NCBI GenBank assembly: GCA_020628935.1
Contig: JAHDEG010000007.1
Coordinates: forward strand, 47,878-111,877
Direction: 5' to 3'
Source of the DNA: Flavobacteriales bacterium
Lineage (GTDB): Bacteria > Bacteroidota > Bacteroidia > Flavobacteriales_G > JALEGO01
DNA length: 64,000 bases
Below the pieces are notes generated by a model. That model was not told the DNA's origin and did not search any database. It was given only the letters and a program-made list of their open reading frames with translations. Positions 55,164-64,000 of this stretch are shown piece by piece (position 1 is the stretch's first letter; every line of letters starts with the position of its first letter). The position numbers were made by a program, and so were the translations under genes.

Positions 55164-56582
55164 TTATTCGTGTAGATATAACCAAGCATCACCAAAACCA
55201 GATGCCTTAACTCTATCTAATTCTTTTAATGCGGAAGGCAGATTTCCTAATTTTTCGAGATATATATAATAATACCCTCTCTTTTTATTAAATACCAACA
55301 ATGGGTTATACCCTTTAGCTCTTATTTTTTCTTGTTCCTCACTAGCAAAATCTTTGTTTAGGAAGGATTTAACGACAATATAATATCCTTTTTCTAGCTC
55401 ATCTAAACTCGCTAGTTCGGTGTTTATGGCTCCTGATTTAAATTCATCCGTTAAACCATCGTTGGCGTCATTACTCTGGTTACTTTTTGCAGAGTTATTT
55501 TCTGCAGCGGAATTAGCTGCTATTTCCATCTCTTTTAGCTTTTGCTCGTATGTGCTTTTTAATTCTTCATTCGCCTGTTTTTCCTTCTTAAGGTTTGAGT
55601 TTAAGCTGTCAAGTTTTGTATTTAGGGTAACCGACTCCATTTCTAACTTCATTTTTTCTTGCTCTAAGGATTTATCCTTCACACCAATCGAAAATCCTGC
55701 AAAAACCTCGTGTGTGCTCGTTGCATAGTTATAAATATCTTCTCCAAAACCATGATCATATGAGTAGCCAATTAAAAACGATTCTTTTATTTTTATGCCA
55801 AGAGTGCCAATTACAGAGCTATTATTTCTGTAAACTGCCCCAAGATTAACTATGTTTTTCCAATTTAAAACCGCTCCAAAATCTAATGAAACAGGAGTAT
55901 TTGCAATTAATCGTGCAACAACAACTGGTTTTAACCAAAAAACTTCTTCTTTTAAATTAAAATTATAAGAACTGTTCAACACAAAATGAGGCATTGAAGC
56001 TAATGAGTATTTTAAAGTCCCATTTTCAACATCAACTGGTGACTGCAATAAATTAAAGGCTCCCACGCCCAATTGAAACTCACTAAATGAGTATTTTAAG
56101 CCAACATTTGCATCAATAGCAGCTCCTCTGAATTGAGTATTAGAAACTAAAACTTGATCTGAATAATCAGCAACATCTATTAAAGAAGCGTTAATTTTAT
56201 TTTCTCTGTAAATTCCTTCTAAACCAAAATCCAGAGCATGCTTGTCAGTTAGTGCTACATGATAGGCATATGATAAACGTGCGTTAAAGTTTTCTAGAAC
56301 TCCATATTGCTCTGTATTAACAACAGTACCCAAAGCCATGTTGTTAGCTATTTTACCTCTTAAAGATAAATACTTAATAGTTGGTGAGTTAGAAAGATTA
56401 AGCCACTGTTTGCGGTAACCCAAAACTCCACTAACGCCTTCACCATAAGCACCTGCAGGACTAATATAATAATCGTTAAAAAGATACTGATTTGACAAAG
56501 ACAACGATTGCGATAGAGCAACCCCACTTGAAATCAGTAAAATGGCAAGGATATAAATTTTATTCATTTGCTTTATATTCAT
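55164..56582 (-). CDS. T9SS PorP/SprF-family outer-membrane protein fused to a coiled-coil linker and a C-terminal SPOR (peptidoglycan-binding) domain
   Basis: The signal peptide is followed by LSLSNQYLFNDYYISPAGAYGE...GYRKQWLNLSNSPT, the PorP/SprF N-terminal signature, within a ~300-aa beta-barrel-like region. A K/E-rich helix follows (EQEKMKLEMESVTLNTKLDSLNSNLKKEKQANEELK). The SPOR-like end reads GYYIVVKSFLNKDFASEEQEKIRAKGYNPLLVFNKKRGYYYIYLEKLGNLPSALKELDRVKASGFGDAWLYL. Confidence 0.75.
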   Translation of the reverse strand: MNIKQMNKIYILAILLISSGVALSQSLSLSNQYLFNDYYISPAGAYGEGVSGVLGYRKQWLNLSNSPTIKYLSLRGKIANNMALGTVVNTEQYGVLENFNARLSYAYHVALTDKHALDFGLEGIYRENKINASLIDVADYSDQVLVSNTQFRGAAIDANVGLKYSFSEFQLGVGAFNLLQSPVDVENGTLKYSLASMPHFVLNSSYNFNLKEEVFWLKPVVVARLIANTPVSLDFGAVLNWKNIVNLGAVYRNNSSVIGTLGIKIKESFLIGYSYDHGFGEDIYNYATSTHEVFAGFSIGVKDKSLEQEKMKLEMESVTLNTKLDSLNSNLKKEKQANEELKSTYEQKLKEMEIAANSAAENNSAKSNQSNDANDGLTDEFKSGAINTELASLDELEKGYYIVVKSFLNKDFASEEQEKIRAKGYNPLLVFNKKRGYYYIYLEKLGNLPSALKELDRVKASGFGDAWLYLHE

Positions 56583-57844
56583 CTGAGTAAGGTTATTGTG
56601 CCCGAAAAAGAACTCTCTTCACTATCACACTGAATGGTGAAATAGTAAGTATCGTTAGGTAAAACTTCACCATTTCGTGTTCCTTCCCAGTCATTTTTAT
56701 AATCGGCACTTTCATAAACAATATTACCTACCTGATTAAATACTGTTAGCGGACATCCTGTAAAGAAAGGTAAGTTTCTGATAGTAAACGCGTCATTAAC
56801 ATTGTCATTATTTGGTGTGATAAGATTAGTATAGTCAATAAAGTAATTGTCATAAACCAATACGTTAATTGTCGCAGTAGTCTCGCAACCCAAAGCACTT
56901 GTGCCAGTAACCGAATAAGTTGTTGTTTCGGTAGGATTAATAACTACTTCACTTAAAGTTGTTGATGAAACTGTTTCAGAAGGAGACCAAACATAAGAAT
57001 TTGCACCACTAGCAGAAAGTGAAATGGTTTCTCCTGCTACCAATGAAGTATCACTAGTTACACTAAGTTGTGGGCTAGCTTCTTGAGATAAAATAATACT
57101 ATCACGGTTAGCACAGCCATTCGTATTATTAACAAGAATATAATAAAGACCAGAATCAATAACAGTAATTGAATTCGAAGATTGACCTGTAGACCAAAAA
57201 AACGTACCAGTTGTAATTGCAGTTAAGGTAACGTTTCCATTGTCACATAAAACTGAATCGCCCGAAACTACAATTTCTGCTTGAGGCGCAGCAAATATCT
57301 GAAGTGGTTTTTGAACTGTATCTGAACAAAAATTGTCTGACGTAACCAGTTTTACACTATAGTTATTTGCAGTTGAGTAAATATGTACTGGTGATTCTTC
57401 TATAGAAACATCACCATCATTAAAATCCCAAACATAAGATAAACTGTCTCCCTCGGGATCACTACTTAAATTATTAAAATTTACATTACTCCCTTCACAA
57501 CCATTTACAACTGCAAAATCTGCATTTGGCAAGCTTCTTAAAACAACCGCGCGGTATACTACTGAAGTATCAGGTATATCAGAAATAACTTGTATCCCTA
57601 CATTCATAGCCATTAAAGATGTTAACTCAACCGCTATTGAGTTTCCAGTAGCGTCTGAAAAATCTCCATCTCCATTAACATCCCAATTAACAGCAGTGAT
57701 ATTTGCTGTACTAGTAGAAGTTGACGTTAACTGACTTGTAGCACCAGTACAAACCGTATCAGAAATAAAACTGGCTACTGTTTGTGATTTAGCGCTAAAC
57801 GCAGAGAGAAAGGAAAATAAAAAAGATAAAATTACTAATCTCAT
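56579..57844 (-). CDS. PKD-domain protein with a T9SS type-B C-terminal sorting domain
   Basis: It has a signal peptide and the PKD motif YVWDFNDGDVSIEESPVHIYSTANNYSVKL. The C-terminus is NLITPNNDNVNDAFTIRNL...LTVFNQVGNIVYE...DWEGTRNGEVLPNDTYYF. The stop overlaps the PorP/SprF start (ATGA). Confidence 0.85.
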   Translation of the reverse strand: MRLVILSFLFSFLSAFSAKSQTVASFISDTVCTGATSQLTSTSTSTANITAVNWDVNGDGDFSDATGNSIAVELTSLMAMNVGIQVISDIPDTSVVYRAVVLRSLPNADFAVVNGCEGSNVNFNNLSSDPEGDSLSYVWDFNDGDVSIEESPVHIYSTANNYSVKLVTSDNFCSDTVQKPLQIFAAPQAEIVVSGDSVLCDNGNVTLTAITTGTFFWSTGQSSNSITVIDSGLYYILVNNTNGCANRDSIILSQEASPQLSVTSDTSLVAGETISLSASGANSYVWSPSETVSSTTLSEVVINPTETTTYSVTGTSALGCETTATINVLVYDNYFIDYTNLITPNNDNVNDAFTIRNLPFFTGCPLTVFNQVGNIVYESADYKNDWEGTRNGEVLPNDTYYFTIQCDSEESSFSGTITLLR

Positions 57845-57847
57845 ATA

Positions 57848-58363
57848 TTATATTTTAGTAAGCTTAATGTCATTAAATATTGTATTATCTGAAGTAGATA
57901 CCTTAATAATATAAATACCCGATGGTAAAGTTGATGTTTGAATAACTGCTTTTTCACCAGTAACTGCAGAATTTGAGAACTTAAGTAGGCTAACCTGCTT
58001 ACCTGTAACATCAAAAATGTTTACTTGAAGATCTTTAAAATAAGCTCCTCCAAAATCTAAGTTAATTTCTTCTGAAAAAGGATTTGGATAAGCCTTTACC
58101 AATAAAGAAGCTGCTCTGGTGTTTAAAGTTGAAACAAAAATACCGTAACCCGGTTGATGAAATCCTTGAGTAATAGATTTATTTTGAGACTCTAGAGTTG
58201 GTACAATAACTTGCCCAATTGTGGAGGATAAGCGGTCGTTAATACCCGAGTACTCAATAAAGCCTGCACCAATTACAAAAGGTCCGACTTGTTGAGCTGC
58301 TAAATTTGATATAGCAAAATTTGCAGTCATAAAAACCAAAGACAAGAGTACACTTTTCTTCAT
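57848..58363 (-). CDS. Small secreted protein with a T9SS type-A (Por_Secre_tail) C-terminal domain
   Basis: Signal peptide MKKSVLLSLVFMTANFAISNLAAQ (an alternative start lies at 58375). The C-terminus is VKAYPNPFSEEINLDF...LQVNIFDVTGKQV...LPSGIYIIKVSTSDNTIFNDIKLTKI. Confidence 0.8.
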   Translation of the reverse strand: MKKSVLLSLVFMTANFAISNLAAQQVGPFVIGAGFIEYSGINDRLSSTIGQVIVPTLESQNKSITQGFHQPGYGIFVSTLNTRAASLLVKAYPNPFSEEINLDFGGAYFKDLQVNIFDVTGKQVSLLKFSNSAVTGEKAVIQTSTLPSGIYIIKVSTSDNTIFNDIKLTKI

Positions 58364-58454
58364 ATTAAACAACATTGCTATTTTTAATTGTAAATCACAA
58401 GAACATCTTTAAAAAAAGTGAACAACACATTGTGAATAGCCACACTTAAAACAA

Positions 58455-59165
58455 CTATTTTGATTTTTTCAAAAGAAAAACAAACTGGTATGTATACCTT
58501 ATTGGCAATACTCGCCAAGCCAACCATTTAGTTAAGGTTTTAAAAAAACTACTGAAGCCATTTTTGAATTCAATATGAGTATTGTTTTTTATCCAATTAT
58601 CTGGTTCAACACCAACAACGTCAAACCCATTTTTAACAAAAACCTCAGACCATTCGTTTTTACTTAGCAAGGTTTCACCTATCTCTTGTTGACTGGTTCC
58701 TTCTTCTTTTAACAACAAATACATGAAATAATCTTTGTTAGGTACCACTATACAAAATAAAGCTGATTCATCACCTACTCTTTTCATTTCACTTAACGCC
58801 TTTGAAGGATCGGTAAAGTGCTCTAAAGAGCCCAAACATGTAATTAACTGAAAAGAGTTTTCAGAAAACGGCAACTGCTCAGCCGAACCTTGAACAATTC
58901 TAGATTTCAGGGTGTTTTTTTGAGCAACTTTAACCGCCTCATCAGAAATATCAACCCCACTTGTAACACATTTTTTCTCCTCTAATAAGCCTAGTAAATG
59001 GCCTGCACCACAAGCAATATCTAACACTTTAATAGCCTTATTAATTTCAAAGTGTTTTTCAATTATTTTAATAAACTGCACATATGCTTTCTTTGGGCGC
59101 ATTGTGGAAGAGCCCTGCCTTCCATACAATTTATTATACCACAACCTTACTTTTTCTTGATCCAA
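58455..59165 (-). CDS. Class I SAM-dependent methyltransferase
   Basis: The SAM-binding motif I is KVLDIACGAGHL. Downstream come acidic loop VDISDE and the FQLITCLGSLEHF pattern. Confidence 0.8.
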   Translation of the reverse strand: MDQEKVRLWYNKLYGRQGSSTMRPKKAYVQFIKIIEKHFEINKAIKVLDIACGAGHLLGLLEEKKCVTSGVDISDEAVKVAQKNTLKSRIVQGSAEQLPFSENSFQLITCLGSLEHFTDPSKALSEMKRVGDESALFCIVVPNKDYFMYLLLKEEGTSQQEIGETLLSKNEWSEVFVKNGFDVVGVEPDNWIKNNTHIEFKNGFSSFFKTLTKWLAWRVLPIRYTYQFVFLLKKSK

Positions 59166-59170
59166 ATTAT

Positions 59171-60385
59171 TTATTTATATTTTTCTATCACACTCAGTAT
59201 TTTACTGGTTGCACCTTTGTTATTAATTATATATTCTTCAAGTTCGCTATTAAATTTTGGTTTAGAAGGATAAAAATCAATTAAAAATTCTTTGAAATTT
59301 TCTGCGGTATTTATCACCTTAGCTAAAGCTCTCTTTTTCACCTCTTCTGCTTCACTAAATCGTTCGTGATTTGGTCCAAATGAAACAGGAACTCCATAAA
59401 CTATTGGTTCTAAAATATTATGTATTCCTACCCCGAATCCTCCACCTATATAAACCAAATTAGCATATCTATACAACTTAGATAAGTACCCCATTTCATC
59501 AAAAACCATAACATCTAAGGCCATAACATTTTCTCTAGTAGAAGTCGAGTAATAGCTGACATTACAATTAAAATATTTAACTAATTCTTCTTTACCCAAT
59601 AATTCATGAGGAACTATCAGATATTTAAATAAAGATCCTGCTTCACTATTAATAACCTCAGACAGCACTGATAAATCTTTAGGCCATACGCTTCCCAAAA
59701 TAACGAGTGGTTTACCTCCCTTAAAATGTTCGATAATTTTATTGTGGTAGGACTCATTTTTCAACATTAACGTCTGATCTAATCGTGTGTCACCCGCAAC
59801 AATCGATTTTATACCATATTTTTCTAATAGTTTTTGAGAGGATGTTGTTTGCACAAAAATTTCTGTGGTAAAACCTAATATCTTTCTAAATAAACTACCA
59901 TACCATTTAAAAAAAGGTTGAGATTCTTTAAAATGAGCTGAAACAATAAATAAAGGAATACCTAAACTCTTAATTACTTTAAAGTAATAATACCAAAACT
60001 CATATTTAATTACAAATACCATTGTAGGGTTTATCGCTCGGACAAAATCTTTTGCATTTTGAGGGCTATCTAACGGTAAATAGTAAATTTCATTTATACT
60101 TGAATCATTTTTTTTAGCATTGTAACCCGATGGTGAAAAAAAGGAAACTATAATTGTACACTCTTCTTTTAGCTTCAGTACTTTTATTAAAGGTTTAGCT
60201 TGCTCAAACTCACCTGTAGAAGCACAGTGAAACCAATAACGATTATTTTTAGCAAGAGTTTGTTTTGAAATACTTTGATTTTTACGCCCTAAAATCCATT
60301 CTTTAGCTTTCGCATTGAATAGCGAAACAAAATGAAGCGCAACACCATAAAACCATATACCAACTCTGTAAAAAACCGCTGACAT
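59171..60385 (-). CDS. waaA: 3-deoxy-D-manno-octulosonic acid (Kdo) transferase
   Basis: The 404-aa product has N-terminal WFHCASTGEFEQAKPLI and C-terminal VYIGGGFGVGIHNILEPIVYGVPVSFGPN, typical of WaaA/KdtA. Confidence 0.8.
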   Translation of the reverse strand: MSAVFYRVGIWFYGVALHFVSLFNAKAKEWILGRKNQSISKQTLAKNNRYWFHCASTGEFEQAKPLIKVLKLKEECTIIVSFFSPSGYNAKKNDSSINEIYYLPLDSPQNAKDFVRAINPTMVFVIKYEFWYYYFKVIKSLGIPLFIVSAHFKESQPFFKWYGSLFRKILGFTTEIFVQTTSSQKLLEKYGIKSIVAGDTRLDQTLMLKNESYHNKIIEHFKGGKPLVILGSVWPKDLSVLSEVINSEAGSLFKYLIVPHELLGKEELVKYFNCNVSYYSTSTRENVMALDVMVFDEMGYLSKLYRYANLVYIGGGFGVGIHNILEPIVYGVPVSFGPNHERFSEAEEVKKRALAKVINTAENFKEFLIDFYPSKPKFNSELEEYIINNKGATSKILSVIEKYK

Positions 60386-60386
60386 T

Positions 60387-61148
60387 TTAATAAAAGTAAT
60401 ACTCGTCTGGTGACTTCCGTTTAAAAAGTATAGTGATACCTACTTCCAAACCAAAAGAAAAATCCATTCGTAAGTCATCTTCTTTCATCATAGTACTAAA
60501 ATTATATGATCGTCTGTTTTTTGTGAATCCTTGAACCATATCAAGTCCAGCAAAAAAGCCAACCATCCTACCAGATGGAAAATGCCTAAATTTTATTGAT
60601 TCCTTAGCATATAAACCATTTGTTAATCTGTCGTAACCTTTAACATACTCTCTTTGTACTTGTGGAATTACAAAATCTTTACTGTAAAGCAATATTTTAT
60701 GCTGCATGAAGCCCAATCCTCCCGAAAAAGAAATACCTGAACCATTTGTATTTTTAAAGTTTAATATTTTACCAGTCATTAACTCAACATTAAAACCACG
60801 TTGCCATAAAAGAACATTTGCTATTTCTCCCTCACCCGTAATTATAAAACCATTATCATTAATTAAATTATCTAGAATATCTGTTTGCTTAACAGTATCC
60901 TTAAACATAAATGAACCACCTAATTGCCATAACCAATTATTAGCTGTTTTAACATCTAACTTGCCTCCAATAGTTGAGTACGTAAAAAAACGCTCTCCCA
61001 TATCAAGTATTGGAGCATTAAATCCGTAGGCAAAACTAATACCCATATGAACATCGTTGGTATCTCCACCGTTGGTATATGCCAACAAACCCTTGTTTAT
61101 CAATACTAAAATAAACAAGATTACTGTATGTTTTAAAGCTATTTTCAT
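60387..61148 (-). CDS. Hypothetical outer-membrane beta-barrel-like protein
   Basis: It has a signal peptide, alternating G/F/Y-rich strands and an aromatic C-terminus (...DEYYFY). It is adjacent to waaA. No family is assigned. Confidence 0.4.
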   Translation of the reverse strand: MKIALKHTVILFILVLINKGLLAYTNGGDTNDVHMGISFAYGFNAPILDMGERFFTYSTIGGKLDVKTANNWLWQLGGSFMFKDTVKQTDILDNLINDNGFIITGEGEIANVLLWQRGFNVELMTGKILNFKNTNGSGISFSGGLGFMQHKILLYSKDFVIPQVQREYVKGYDRLTNGLYAKESIKFRHFPSGRMVGFFAGLDMVQGFTKNRRSYNFSTMMKEDDLRMDFSFGLEVGITILFKRKSPDEYYFY

Positions 61149-61201
61149 TACCTCAATATTACCAAATTTAGTTATCTTCGCGAGACTTTAAACCTTAGAA
61201 T

Positions 61202-62350
61202 ATGAATATTGAGTTAGTTGATCTCAAAAATCAGTATAAGAAAATTAAGAGCGAAGTAGATGAATCCATTATGGACATTCTTTCTAATGCTACCTTTATA
61301 AACGGACCTAAGGTTAAATCGTTTACCGCAAATTTAGCAAAATACTTAAACGTTAAGCATGTTATTCCTGTCGCAAACGGAACAGATGCATTGCAAATAG
61401 CATTAATGGCATTAGACCTTAAGCCTGGAGATGAAGTAATTACGCCTAGTTTTACATATATCGCTACTGCCGAAGTAATTGCATTATTAAAATTAAAACC
61501 TGTATTTGTTGATGTTGAATTAGACACGTTTACTATTAATTGTAATTCGTTAAAGCGAATGATTTCTGACAAAACAAAAGCCATAATTCCGGTACATCTT
61601 TATGGGCAATGTGCGAATATGGAAGACATAATGGCCATTGCACAAAAAAATAACCTGAAAGTAGTTGAAGATACCGCTCAAGCTATTGGCTCAGACTATA
61701 CATTCTCGAACGGAGAAAAAAGCAAGGCGGGCACAATAGGTGACATTGGTTGCACTTCGTTTTTCCCATCTAAAAACCTTGGTTGTTATGGTGATGGAGG
61801 AGCAATCTTTACAAATAATGATGACTTAGCCGCAAAAATTAAAATGATCGCCAATCATGGGCAAAGCAAAAGATACTATCACGATGTTATTGGTGTTAAT
61901 TCCAGATTAGATAGCATTCAAGCGGCTGTATTAGATGTTAAGCTGAAACATTTAGACTCTTATTGCCAAGAAAGACAAAAAGTAGCCAAGTTTTATAACG
62001 AACTTTTTAAACCGTTTTCTGATCTTATTGAAACACCTTCTGAAGCAAGCTTTAGCACTCATGTGTACCACCAATACACAATTAAACTGAAAGGTATTGA
62101 TAGAGAAGAATTTCAAAATGCATTAAGCGCAAAAAAAGTACCTTCTAACATTTATTATCCTTTACCAATACACCTTCAAAAAGGTTTTTTAAACTTAGAT
62201 AGAAGATTAGATAATTTAGAAAATACTGAAAAGCTAATGAAAAGCGTACTATCACTTCCCATTCATACGGAAATGGATGATGAGCAACTTAATTATATAA
62301 AAGAAGCGATAGTTAGCTATTTAAAAACACAAAAATCACTTGTTAAATGA
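61202..62350 (+). CDS. DegT/DnrJ/EryC1/StrS-family sugar aminotransferase (PLP-dependent)
   Basis: VDLKNQYKKIKSEVDESIMDILSNATFINGPKV..F...AKYLNVKHVIPVANGTDALQIAL is present. The SFFPSKNLGCYGDGG segment contains the PLP lysine. Confidence 0.88.
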   Translation: MNIELVDLKNQYKKIKSEVDESIMDILSNATFINGPKVKSFTANLAKYLNVKHVIPVANGTDALQIALMALDLKPGDEVITPSFTYIATAEVIALLKLKPVFVDVELDTFTINCNSLKRMISDKTKAIIPVHLYGQCANMEDIMAIAQKNNLKVVEDTAQAIGSDYTFSNGEKSKAGTIGDIGCTSFFPSKNLGCYGDGGAIFTNNDDLAAKIKMIANHGQSKRYYHDVIGVNSRLDSIQAAVLDVKLKHLDSYCQERQKVAKFYNELFKPFSDLIETPSEASFSTHVYHQYTIKLKGIDREEFQNALSAKKVPSNIYYPLPIHLQKGFLNLDRRLDNLENTEKLMKSVLSLPIHTEMDDEQLNYIKEAIVSYLKTQKSLVK

Positions 62351-63663
62351 AAATTGCAGTAGTAGGAACAGGTTACGTAGGATTAGTTTCAGGCACATGT
62401 TTTGCCGAAACTGGTAACAATGTAATTTGTGTAGATATTGATAAAGAAAAAGTAGACAAGCTCAAATCAGGTATACTAACTATATATGAACCACAGTTAG
62501 ATGTTTACTTTGAAAGAAACATTAAACAAAATAGACTTTCCTTTACCACCAATTTACAAGAAGCTATTGAAGAAGCAGAAGTGATTTTTTTAGCACTTCC
62601 AACACCTCCTGGTGAAGATGGTAGTGCAGATTTATCTTATGTACTTGGTGTTGCTGAGCAACTAGGTTCTATGATAAAAGATTACAAAGTTATTGTTGAT
62701 AAAAGTACTGTACCAGTTGGTACAGCAGATAGAGTACACAAAGCATTAGCTAAAAACGCAACCTGCGATTTTGATGTAGTTTCTAATCCTGAGTTTTTAA
62801 GAGAAGGTTACGCGGTAGAAGATTTCTTAAAACCAGAAAGAGTAGTTATTGGCACCTCTTCTGAAAGAGCTCAAAAAGTAATGAAAAGACTTTACGAACC
62901 ATTTGTAAGACAAGGTAATCCAATCATTATGATGGATGAAAAATCTGCAGAATTAACTAAATATGCAGCAAACTCCTTTCTTGCAACAAAAATATCTTTC
63001 ATGAACGAAATCGCGAATCTTTGTGAACTCGTTGATGCAGATGTTGACATGGTAAGAATGGGAATGGGATCAGACTCAAGAATTGGCAAACGTTTCTTAT
63101 TTCCAGGTATTGGTTATGGAGGAAGTTGCTTCCCTAAAGATGTGCAAGCACTAGTTAAAACTGCTAATGAGTATAAGTATGATTTCAAAATACTTGACAC
63201 AGTATTAGATGTAAACGATAACCAAAAGAAAATTATCGTAGAAAAAATTAAAAAATACTATAACAACGATTTAAAAGGTAAAACATTTGCCATTTGGGGA
63301 CTCGCATTTAAACCTAATACCGATGATATTAGAGAAGCACCGGCATTGAGTATTATTGAAAGCTTATTAGAAGCTGGTGCAACTGTTAAAGCTTACGACC
63401 CTGAAGCTATGAATAATGTGAAAAGGCTTTTAGGCGATAAAATAGAATTTGCCATAAATCAATATGATGCACTTACAAATGCAGATGCACTTGTTATATG
63501 TACAGAATGGTCTGTGTTTAGAAATCCTGATTTTGATAAAATTAAATCAGAACTAAAAGAGGCTGTTATCTTTGATGGTAGAAATGTATTTGAAATGAAC
63601 CGCCCAGAAGAAAAAGGTTTTTACTATAACAGTATGGGAAGACAAATTATTGAAAAAAAATAA
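62347..63663 (+). CDS. ugd: UDP-glucose 6-dehydrogenase
   Basis: The N-terminal NAD-binding motif is [24 protein letters not shown] is present, as is the catalytic [11 protein letters not shown]. The start overlaps the upstream stop (ATGA). Confidence 0.92.
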   Translation: MKIAVVGTGYVGLVSGTCFAETGNNVICVDIDKEKVDKLKSGILTIYEPQLDVYFERNIKQNRLSFTTNLQEAIEEAEVIFLALPTPPGEDGSADLSYVLGVAEQLGSMIKDYKVIVDKSTVPVGTADRVHKALAKNATCDFDVVSNPEFLREGYAVEDFLKPERVVIGTSSERAQKVMKRLYEPFVRQGNPIIMMDEKSAELTKYAANSFLATKISFMNEIANLCELVDADVDMVRMGMGSDSRIGKRFLFPGIGYGGSCFPKDVQALVKTANEYKYDFKILDTVLDVNDNQKKIIVEKIKKYYNNDLKGKTFAIWGLAFKPNTDDIREAPALSIIESLLEAGATVKAYDPEAMNNVKRLLGDKIEFAINQYDALTNADALVICTEWSVFRNPDFDKIKSELKEAVIFDGRNVFEMNRPEEKGFYYNSMGRQIIEKK

Positions 63664-64000
63664 TGGAAAAAGAAAGAGTATTAATTACTGGAGCTGCAGG
63701 CTTTTTAGGTTCTCATTTAAGTGATCGTTTTTTAAAGGAAGGATACCATGTTATTGGCATGGACAACCTTATTACAGGTAGCAAAAAAAATATTGAACAT
63801 CTTTTACCAAGAGATGATTTTGAGTTTCATCATCATGATGTAACTAAGTTTGTTCACGTTCCAGGAGATGTGAAATATATATTACACTTTGCATCGCCTG
63901 CTAGCCCAATTGATTATCTAAAAATTCCAATACAAACATTAAAAGTTGGAGCATTAGGAACACATAATTTATTAGGATTAGCAAAAGAAAAAAATGCACG
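63663..64000 (+). CDS. UDP-glucuronate decarboxylase-like NAD-dependent epimerase/dehydratase (3'-truncated by the window edge)
   Basis: My hand translation from the ATG at 63663 (TAATG overlap with ugd) is [47 protein letters not shown]... . This is the SDR extended-family pattern typical of UXS-like enzymes. Confidence 0.75.
   Translation, partial: MEKERVLITGAAGFLGSHLSDRFLKEGYHVIGMDNLITGSKKNIEHLLPRDDFEFHHHDVTKFVHVPGDVKYILHFASPASPIDYLKIPIQTLKVGALGTHNLLGLAKEKNA

Noticed and set aside
61202-64000. DegT aminotransferase + ugd + UXS-like genes considered as an Arn-type lipid A aminoarabinose modification pathway, given nearby waaA
   Set aside because: There is no ArnA formyltransferase, ArnC or ArnT-like gene in the window. 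The trio is equally compatible with generic O-antigen or capsule sugar-nucleotide synthesis, so the claim cannot be supported from this sequence alone.

Overview
This is a low-GC chromosomal segment with the hallmarks of a Bacteroidota genome, probably Flavobacteriia. The evidence is T9SS type-A and type-B C-terminal sorting domains, SprB repeats, a PorP/SprF gene, an XrtF-type exosortase, the rpmG-DUF4295-ftsY arrangement, TAnnTTTG -7 boxes, a fused E1 alpha/beta dehydrogenase and bshC. I found no rRNA, tRNA, CRISPR array, transposase, integrase or phage genes. Housekeeping genes are gyrB, thiL, ferritin, bshC, rimO, ftsY, rpmG, aroQ, a lipid kinase, waaA, and a DegT aminotransferase/ugd/UXS-like sugar-nucleotide block. 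These are interleaved with accessory, surface-related loci. (1) 3.7-12.0 kb and 22.7-26.8 kb hold three giant SprB-repeat/PKD adhesin-like T9SS cargo proteins. (2) 12.19-13.48 kb is a tightly coupled three-gene XrtF exosortase operon. Its first gene encodes a 75-aa precursor that is little more than a signal peptide, a Pro/Cys-rich peptide of about 20 aa, and a P-I-D + TM + basic C-terminal sorting tail. An SdpB/HTTM-like and SdpA/DUF5819-like pair lies next to it. (3) 42.6-52.5 kb is the most unusual locus: seven receiver domains, two kinase cores, two Hpt proteins and one LuxR-type output. Its ten-gene co-directional operon ends in a coiled-coil protein, a coiled-coil plus Roadblock-like protein and a Rab-like small GTPase. 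This resembles a conservon or MglAB system grafted onto a phosphorelay. (4) 52.6-58.4 kb is a minus-strand T9SS operon: a type-A cargo, a PKD/type-B cargo, a PorP/SprF-SPOR fusion, and an 834-aa fibre-like repeat protein with no recognisable sorting domain. All family assignments come from motif recognition by eye and none has been confirmed by a database search.
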